Position numbers and translations under genes: made by a program
Notes under the pieces: generated by a model
What the model saw: the letters and a program-made list of their open reading frames with translations, nothing else
Database searches by the model: none
What the model was told of the DNA's origin: nothing
In this document: one piece after another, positions 53,501-62,500 of the stretch
Numbering within the stretch: position 1 is the first letter of the stretch
Layout of the letters: each line of letters begins with the position of its first letter
Origin: Torpedo marmorata
Taxonomy: Eukaryota
Direction of reading: 5' to 3'
Assembly: GCA_977017645.1 (NCBI GenBank)
Contig: OZ360221.1
Coordinates: 7,812,001-7,876,000, forward strand
Length of the DNA: 64,000 nt

Positions 53501-56500
53501 ACGAGCCATTGATGGCAAGAACAGTAGCACCTGGTGGCAAGGGTCCTGCACGCACACCAAGAGAAGCAATGACCCTTGGTGGCGAGTCGATCTAAAGGGA
53601 ATATACAACGTGTCAGTTGTGCGAATTACAAACAGAAGAGACTGCTGCTCCAAACGGCTCCAAGGAGCCGAAATACGAATTGGAAACTCCGTGTACAACG
53701 AGGGGAATTCCAACAGTCTGTAAGTACTCATGAACAAATGCCGGGTCTTCTCAGTGTTGCTGTTACGTTGAAGACAAATATGAGTGGATGTCGTGCTCAC
53801 AGGATCGGGTACAGTAACTTAGTTCATGTCTGACTGTGGAGGAAAATATATCTTTGCAGTAAACAGCCAATGATGAGGGGAATAATTCCAGAACGGGAGA
53901 CCACATCTACAGTAATGAAGTCTGCAGCACTTGTCAGGAAATGCTCACGATGTGGTTCGATGTGCTGCAGATGCTGCTTTCTCACCGTTAAACCTTCATC
54001 TCTTTCAGCTGTGGAATCCTACATGCAGATTCCGGAACGAAGTTCATATTCAGTTGCGTTGGCTTCACGGGTCGATTTGTGAACATTATCATCCCAGGAC
54101 GGAGTAAAATCCTGACCCTGTGTGAGGTCGAGGTGTTCGGTTCTGAACTCCCGTCATTCGAACATGCAGGTAGGTGAAGTCCTTGTTGCGTTACTCGCTG
54201 CACAAACGCTCACAGCCTCAGTCTAATAATCGTTTTTGAGGACGTTTGGTTAGTCGATGTATATGGAGGTTACATGTTGTGGCCGACTGTGCACAGTGAT
54301 GATCAGTGGAGTGAAACGATAAGTTCACTCCCTTATCGACGTAAAACTACAGAGATGAAAACCAACATGAGTGGGCGACATTGAGTGAGATTTCCTGTAA
54401 GGCTTCTCTTCGCACACTGTAATTTTTTAAAAGTTAAATTTAGATATACAGATGTACATCACGATAACAGGCCATTTCAGCCCACGATTCCGTGCCGCCA
54501 AATTTACACCTCAGTAAACTACACCCCCGGTACGTTTTGAACGGTGGGCGGAAACCGGAGACCCTGGAGATAACACACGCAGACAGGGGGAGAACGGACA
54601 AACATCTTACAGACAGCGCGGGATTCGTTCCCCTGTCTGGGCCCGATCGCTGGCGCTGTAAAGGCGTTGCGCTGACCGCTACGCCAAATGTGCAGCCCAC
54701 AAACTATTTAACTTCATTCTGGACACCACCAGACTAAGCGCTTTTACAAGAGCATGGACAGCCGCCACTGTTCACCGACAAGACGAGACCGGTTTGGGCT
54801 CAGGACTCGCGGATCCCCATATCGAAGCACAAAGCTTCCATCTATTTCAGCTACTGGACTAGCTGCCAACATATTTCTGGAAAACACCAAGACCCGTAGA
54901 ATTCGATCTTTAAAGGCATGCGCCGTTGGAGTCTGTCGGACGTGTACTGTTGAATACCTAGTTTGGGTGTTGTGAATAGAGATCAAGTGGAGAGGCGAGT
55001 AAAACAGGGCATCATTCATCTTATATCGTCCATGTCCGCCAACTCTCCGAACGATCGGCAGGCCGGCAAATTACCCGAACACCTCTCATTCCCTGTTCGA
55101 TGTGCACCATCATAATATACCAGAGGAACTGCATCGCTTTTGGCAACAACGACCTTAGTCCCAGCGCTATTGCCATGCCCACGTCGTTGTCCAGATATTC
55201 ACTTTCATTCTAAATGGGTTACGTGGATTCCCACTGCAAGGAAATCACCCACCGAACGGGAAGTCAATCAGGAAAAGTGTGAAGTGATGCATGTTGCAGG
55301 GCCATACTTGAAGGAAGAGTATATGGTGGATATCAGGATTCTCAATTGTGCAGAGGAGCAGAGGTACCTTAGGTACAAATCCTCAGATCTTTAAAGGTTC
55401 CCGCGGGGGTGGGGTAAATAAAAAAACCTAATGGTATACTTCTCTTCATTAGTCGGGGGATTGCACCTCAATTGTCGTGAGTTGATTTTTCAGATCTATA
55501 AAATTGTGGCATGAGAACACCTGGACAATTGATTTCAGGTCTGGTTGCAAGAAGAATGTAGAAGCAACGGCGAACTTTCAGAAGCCATTTAACAGGATGT
55601 TGCCTTGTTTAGAGTACAAAATTAACAAAGCAATGGACTTTCTGTTTGGAGCCAATGAGGATGATGGTTGACAGTAGAGGTCTGCAGGTTTAAGGAAGGA
55701 ATAGATCGGGTGGACATACTCCACCTTACCACGGGGGCAAGAGTATTAAACATGAGGAAACATCACATCAAGGTGAAGGGAGGAACGTTTAGGGGATATG
55801 TTAGGCGTACGTGGTTTAAAAAGAGAGTAGTGGTGGCCGAGTGTGGTGTAGAAATACAATACAATATGGATATTTATAAGACTCTCCGAGAAGCACATGG
55901 ATATAAAGAATAGACAGTCATAGGTGTGACGTAGGTAAATTTAGTTTGTTCATGTTTATCTATTGGTCGGCGCTAAATCCTGGGCCTCAGGGCCTCTAAT
56001 GTTCCGTAGTATCCTATGTTCGGTGAATTTATAGATCGAGCAATTCTTTGTTTCCAGTTCTCATACGTGTCCAATCAATATATATTTTAAAGGAAGAAAC
56101 TGCAAGGTCTGAACTCTGGATGATGGGAAAGAACTTGTTTAATTATTTTTCCTTTTAATACTCCCTCTGGAACTTGCTTCATCGCTTCTCTCTCAGTCCG
56201 ATTTGATTTCACCTGTCAGGAAACAACGTGGCGTTGGGATCCAGCACCACGCAGTCCAGCACTTCTGGTCGAGCAGGGGCTGAGCGAGCCACCGACGGCA
56301 TCAAAGACAACTCCTGTACACAGACTAAGAAAACAAGTGACCCTTGGTGGAGAGTCGACTTAAATGAAACCTACGCTGTGTCGGCCGTACGAATCAGCAC
56401 CAGAAGAGACTGCTGCTCCGAATGGCTCCTGGGAGCCCAGATCCGCATCGGAAATTCGTTGCACAACAACGGGAATTCAAACAGACTGTAAGTGTTCAAC

Positions 56501-59500
56501 GCGAATACCGGCACTCTTTCGTCTGTATCTCGTGAAACGCTGTGCATCGTTTCGAGTGTTTCATTATTCCCGAAGCCCTGTCGTAACTGTGCAGAACTGC
56601 GGACTGCTGCATCTTTTATTCGAGCCCGTATATTAACCACTGTTAAAGAGAAGATATAGATAAATGATCCACATATGTTAACAACAGATTCGCAGCTACA
56701 GTGGACTAAAGGTGTATTTCACTAACCCATTGTTGTGTGTTTCACCACTTATTCAAACTCGTTAAACGGTGGAGGATTGGAGGTGTCAGTTGAAAGGAAG
56801 AGTAATTTTGCATAAAACGTCATCTCTGAAACAATCAGTTCTTCCTATTATAGGCATTACCACGTGATCAATGAGGACACATAAACAGGGCGTGCATACT
56901 CGCCCATAGTTGTGCAGTGCTTGAGAATATTCTTGCGTTTGCATCTTAACTTGGGGCAAAGGCGATTGAATTTAAAGCAATTGTATTATCTTAAAATGTT
57001 TGATTGTTACGTTCGATGGGCAGCAAATTATAGGCTGTGCTGCCATTGTTCACTCGTACCGTATTTCAGAAAATTGTGGAGCTGTAGATGCTTCCTAATC
57101 ACTGTGCGTTCCATGTCTTTCAGCTGTGGTACCGTCAAATCCGTGTCTGCATCGACACTTACTTTCAGTTGTGGTGGATTTACGGGTCGATATGTGAATA
57201 TCATCGTCCCGGGTCCTGGTAGAATCCTGACCCTGTGCGAGGTTCAGGTCTTTGGTTCCAAACTCCCCTCATTGGATGGAGAAGGTAGGTTTCGAATGTC
57301 CCCTGAGGTTCTTGTTGTTTACAGCCTCATCGTTTCAGTTCCATTAGATTCAGTTGATGCGATCTCGGCAGGCATCATTGATTCGATGCCAATAGAAACA
57401 CATTTCTATTGCATTCATTGATGTACAGAGATACAGGATCTAAGAGCAGGGATGTGATTATGAGGCTTTATATCGCACTGGTGAGACCTCGCTTGGATCA
57501 GAGGGGTACAGATTTGTGTTCCTTGTTTATGAAAGTGTGGGATGACATTGAAATGGTTCAGAGAAGCTTTACAGGGATGATTCCTGGAATGAAGAAATCA
57601 GTAGACGAGGAACATTATATTTGCTCTTGGACTATACTCATTGCAATTCAGAAGAATGAGGGGTTCCTCACAGAAGTACTTCGGGCGTTGTACGGCCTGA
57701 ACAGCGTCGATGTAGCTACGTTTTTTGCCATTTTAAGGGAGTCAAGGAAATGTGGGAAGAACCTTAGGCTGATGGGCGCCTATTTGAAACAGATATGCGG
57801 ACGAATTTATTCAACCAATGATTGTCGAACCTCAGGAATTTTCTGGCACGGTCGGCTGTGGAGGCCCGGTCGTTGGGTGCATGTAAGGCAAACCTTGATG
57901 TGTATCTGACTAGTTAGGGTGTCAAAGGTTATGGGGTGAAGGCACAGGATTGGGCTGAGTGGAAGAATAGATTAGCGAATGATGGAAGGCGGTGCGGAAT
58001 CGAGGGGCCGGTCGGCCTTATTCTGCTCCGATATCGTATGTTCCTACGATCATATTGTTAAAGAACTGATCTCGGGGTCACGAGCATTGGTAAACCCGAG
58101 ACATAGAAAGCAGCCGATGCTGGAATCTGACGCTAGACACAATCTGCTGGAAGAACTCTGCGGGTCACGAGGCTTGAGCTGATGAATCAGAATGGTCCAC
58201 GGTAGGTTCCGGAACCATTCTTCAAGACAGCGACGCGTTTTGATTAAATGTTGCCCCACAAAACTCGAACATTCTTTCCACCACTGATTCCTCTCCACGC
58301 GTTGAGTTCCTTCAGCAGATTCTGCTTCGCTTCGGTAAACCCTGCTTTAAATCCGCGGCACCAAAACAATTGACCCTATACACCTACACACAGCAGCTGT
58401 TTTTCGATGAACTCCATTAAGGGGCAGCTCCTTGCAGATGAAATGATTTAAGGAACTGAGAATGTGGAAGGCAGCGATAAGCCGGCCTCACCATCGTGAT
58501 GATCGCTGCAGGGAAATGAGAAGATCGCAGCCATAGTGAAAGAACAAAAATATTCCACCATCTCTGGCAATAGCGTCCATGCGGCCATATTTAGATTGAT
58601 TATGGTTTCCGGTTTTTATTATGTCGCACTCACGTGACCTGCTCGCCCGGATTCTGAACTGGTGTCTTTTGAATAGACACCTGCAGTCCAGAGTCTTCCT
58701 TATCAGAACCAAGCACGTTGCAAAGAGCGCGATCTTCACCATGCTCATTGTCCAGATAATTTCCTCGAAATTATACCGCCGCGATACATGACGAGAGAGT
58801 TCAGAATCACATCCAGCCATTCCAAATGAGTTATTACGTTGCGTGGAAGACTATTCAGCGCTAACGATGATGGGAATGATCTAGCTGGTTTATTTAAGTT
58901 TTTAGTGAGAGTGTGGCTGCTTGGTCGTTGGAGTCAAATTGGATCCATGCAGTTTTCTGTTTCCCCACTCAACAGCAAACGTGGCTATCGGAGCATCTGC
59001 GATGCAGTCGAGTACATTTCAGCGAGGTGCTGCTCAGAGAGCCATTGATGGCAAGAGCAGCAGCATCTGGAGGGAAGGTTCCTGCACGCACACCAAGAGA
59101 AGCAAGGACCCCTGGTGGCGAGTCGATCTGAAGGGAATATACAACGTGTCAGTTGTAAGGATCACCAACAGAAGAGACTGCTGCTCCAAACGGATCCAAG
59201 GAGCCGAAATACGAATTGGAAACTCCGTGTACAACGAGGGGAATTCCAACAGTCTGTAAGTACTCATGAACAAATTCCGGGTCTTTTCAGTGTTGAGGTT
59301 GTGTTCTGAAAGTTCCATCGTTTCTGTTACGTTGAAGACAAATATGAGTGGATATAGTGATACCAGGATCGGGTAAAGTAACTTACGTCGTGTCTGAGCG
59401 TGGAGAAAAATATATCTTTGCAGTAGACTGCTAATGATGAGGGGAATAATTCCAGAAAGGGAGACCACATCTACAGTAATGAAGTCTACAGCACTTGTCA

Positions 59501-62500
59501 GGAAATGCTCACGATGTGGTTCGATGTGCTGCAGATGCTGCTTTCTCACCGTTAAAGCTTTATCTCTTTCAGCTGTGGTATCGTACATGCAGATTCCGGA
59601 ACGAAGTTCATATTTAGTTGCGTTGGCTTCACGGGTCGATTTGTGAACATTATCATCCCCGGCCGGAGTAAAATCCTGACCCTGTGCGAGGTCGAGGTGT
59701 TCGGTTATGAACTCCCGACTTTCGAACATGCAGGTAGGTGAAGTCCTTTCTGCGTTACTCGCTGCACAAACGCTCACGTCCTCAGTCTAATAATCGTTTT
59801 TGAGGACGTTTGGTTAGTCGATGTATATGGAGGTTACATGTTGTGGCCGACTGTGCACAGTGATGATCAGTGGTGTGAAACGATTAGTGCACTCCCTTAT
59901 CGACGTAAAACAACAGAGATGAAAACCAACATGAGTGGGCGACATTGAGTGAGATTTCCCGTAAGGCTTCTCTTCGCACACTGTATTTTTTAAAAATTTA
60001 AATTTAGATATACAGACATACATCACAGTAACAGGCCATTTCAGCCCACGATTCCGTGCCGCCAAATTTACACCGCAGTAACCTACACCCCCGGTACGTT
60101 TTGAATGGTGGGAGGAAACCGGAGCACCTGGAGAAAACCCACGCAGACAGGTGGAGAACGTACAAACTTCTTACAGTCAGCGCGGGATTCGGTCTCCTGT
60201 CTGGGCCCGATCGCTGGCGCTGTAAAGACGTTGCGCTGACCGCTACGCCAACTGTGCAGCCCACAAACCCTTTAACGTCCTCCTGGACACCACCAGACTA
60301 AGCGCTTTGACAAGAGCATGGACAGCCGCCACTGTTCACTGACAAGACGAGACCGGTTTGGCTCAGGACTCGGGGATCCCCATATAGAAGCACAAAGCTT
60401 CCATCTATTTCAGCTACTGGACTAGCTGCCAACATATTTCTGGAAAACACCACGACCCGTAGAATTCGATCTTTAAAGGCATGCGCCGTTGGAGTCTGTA
60501 GGACTGTATTGTTGAATACCTTGGGTGGGTGATGTGAATAGAGATCAAGTGGAGAGGAGAGTAAAAGAGGGCATCATTCATCTTATATCGTCCATGTCCG
60601 CCAATTCTCCGAACGATCGGCAGGCCGGCAAATTACCCGAACACCTCTCATTCCCTGTTGTTCGATGTGCACCATCATAATATACAAGAGGCACTGCATC
60701 GCTTTTGGCAACAACGACCTTAGTCCCAGCGCTATTGTCATGCCCACGTCTTTGTCCAGATATTCACCTTTATTCTAAATGAGTTACAAAGGAAAATCAC
60801 CCACCGAACGGGAAGTCAATCAGGAAAAGTGTGAAGTGATGCATGTTGCAGGGCCATACTTGAAGGAAGAGTATATGGTGGATATCAGGATTCTCAATTG
60901 TGCAGAGGAGCAGAGGTACCTTAGGTACAAATCCTCAGATCTTTAAAGGTTCCCGCGGGGGTGGGGTAAATAAAAAAGCCTAATGGTATACTTCTCTTCA
61001 TTGGTCGGGGGATTGCACCTCAATTGTCGTGAGTTGATTGTTCAGATCTATAAAACTGTGGCATGACCACACCTGGACAATTGATTTCAGGTCTGGTTGC
61101 AAGAAGAATGTAGAAGCAACGGCGAACTTTCAGAAGCCATTTACCAGGATGTTGCCTTGTTTAGAGTACAAGATGAACAAAGCAATGGACTTTCTGTTTG
61201 GAGCCAATGAGGATGATGGTTGACAGTAGAGGTCTGCAGGTTTAAGGAAGGAATAGATCGGGTGGACATACTCCACCTTACCACGGGGGCAAGAGTATTA
61301 AACATGAGGAAACATCACTTCAAGGTGAAGGAGGAAAGTTTAGGGGATATGTTAGGCGTAAGTGTTTTAAAAAGAGAGTAGTGCGGGCCGAGTGTGGTGT
61401 AGAAATACAATACAATATGGATATTTATAAGACTCTCCGAGAGGCATCTGGATATAAAGAATAGACAGTTATGGGTGTAACGTAGGTAAAGTTTAGTTTG
61501 TTGATGTTTGTCTATTGGTCGGCGCTAAATCCTGGGCCTCAGGGCCTCTAATGTTCCGTAGTATCCTATGTTCGGTGAATTTATAGATCGAGCAATTCTT
61601 TGTTTCCAGTTCTCATACGTGTCCAATCAATATGTATTTTAAAGGAAGAAACTGCAAGGTCTGAACTCTGGGTGATGGGAAATAACTTGTTCAATTATTT
61701 TTCATTTTAATACTCCCTCTGGAACTTGCTTCATCGCTTCTCTCTCAGTCCGATTTGATTTCACCTGACAGGAAACAACGTGGCGTTGGGATCCAGCACC
61801 ACGCAGTCCAGCACTTCTGGTCGAGCAGGGGCTGAGCGAGCCACCGACGGCATCAAAGACAACTCCTGTACACAGACTAAGAAAACAAGTGACCCTTGGT
61901 GGAGAGTCGACTTAAATGAAACCTACGCTGTGTCAGCCGTACGAATCAGCACCAGAAGAGACTGCTGCACCGAATGGCTCCTGGGAGCCCAGATCCGCAT
62001 CGGAAATTCGTTGCACAACAACGGGAATTCAAACAGACTGTAAGTGTTCAACGCGAATACCGGCACTCTTTCCTCTTTATCTCGTGAAGCACTGTGCATG
62101 GTTTGGTGTGTTTGGTTATTCCCGAAGCCCTGTCGTAACTGTGCAGAACTGCGGACTGCTGCGTCTTTTATTTTACCCCCCAACACCAATCGAGACACGA
62201 TGAAATTAGAGTCCGTATATTAACCACTGTTAAACAGAAGATATAGATAAATGATCCACATATGTTAACCACAGATTCGCAGCTACAGTGGACTAAAGGT
62301 GTATGTCACTAACCCATTGATGTGTGTTTCACCACTTATTCAAACTCGTTAAACGGTGGAGGATTGGAGGTGTCAGTTGAAAGGAAGAGTAATTTTGCAT
62401 GAAACGTCATCTCTGTAACAATCAGTTCTTCTTATTATAGGCATTACCAAGTGATCAATGCGGACACATAAACAGGGCGTGCATACTCGCCCATAGTTGT

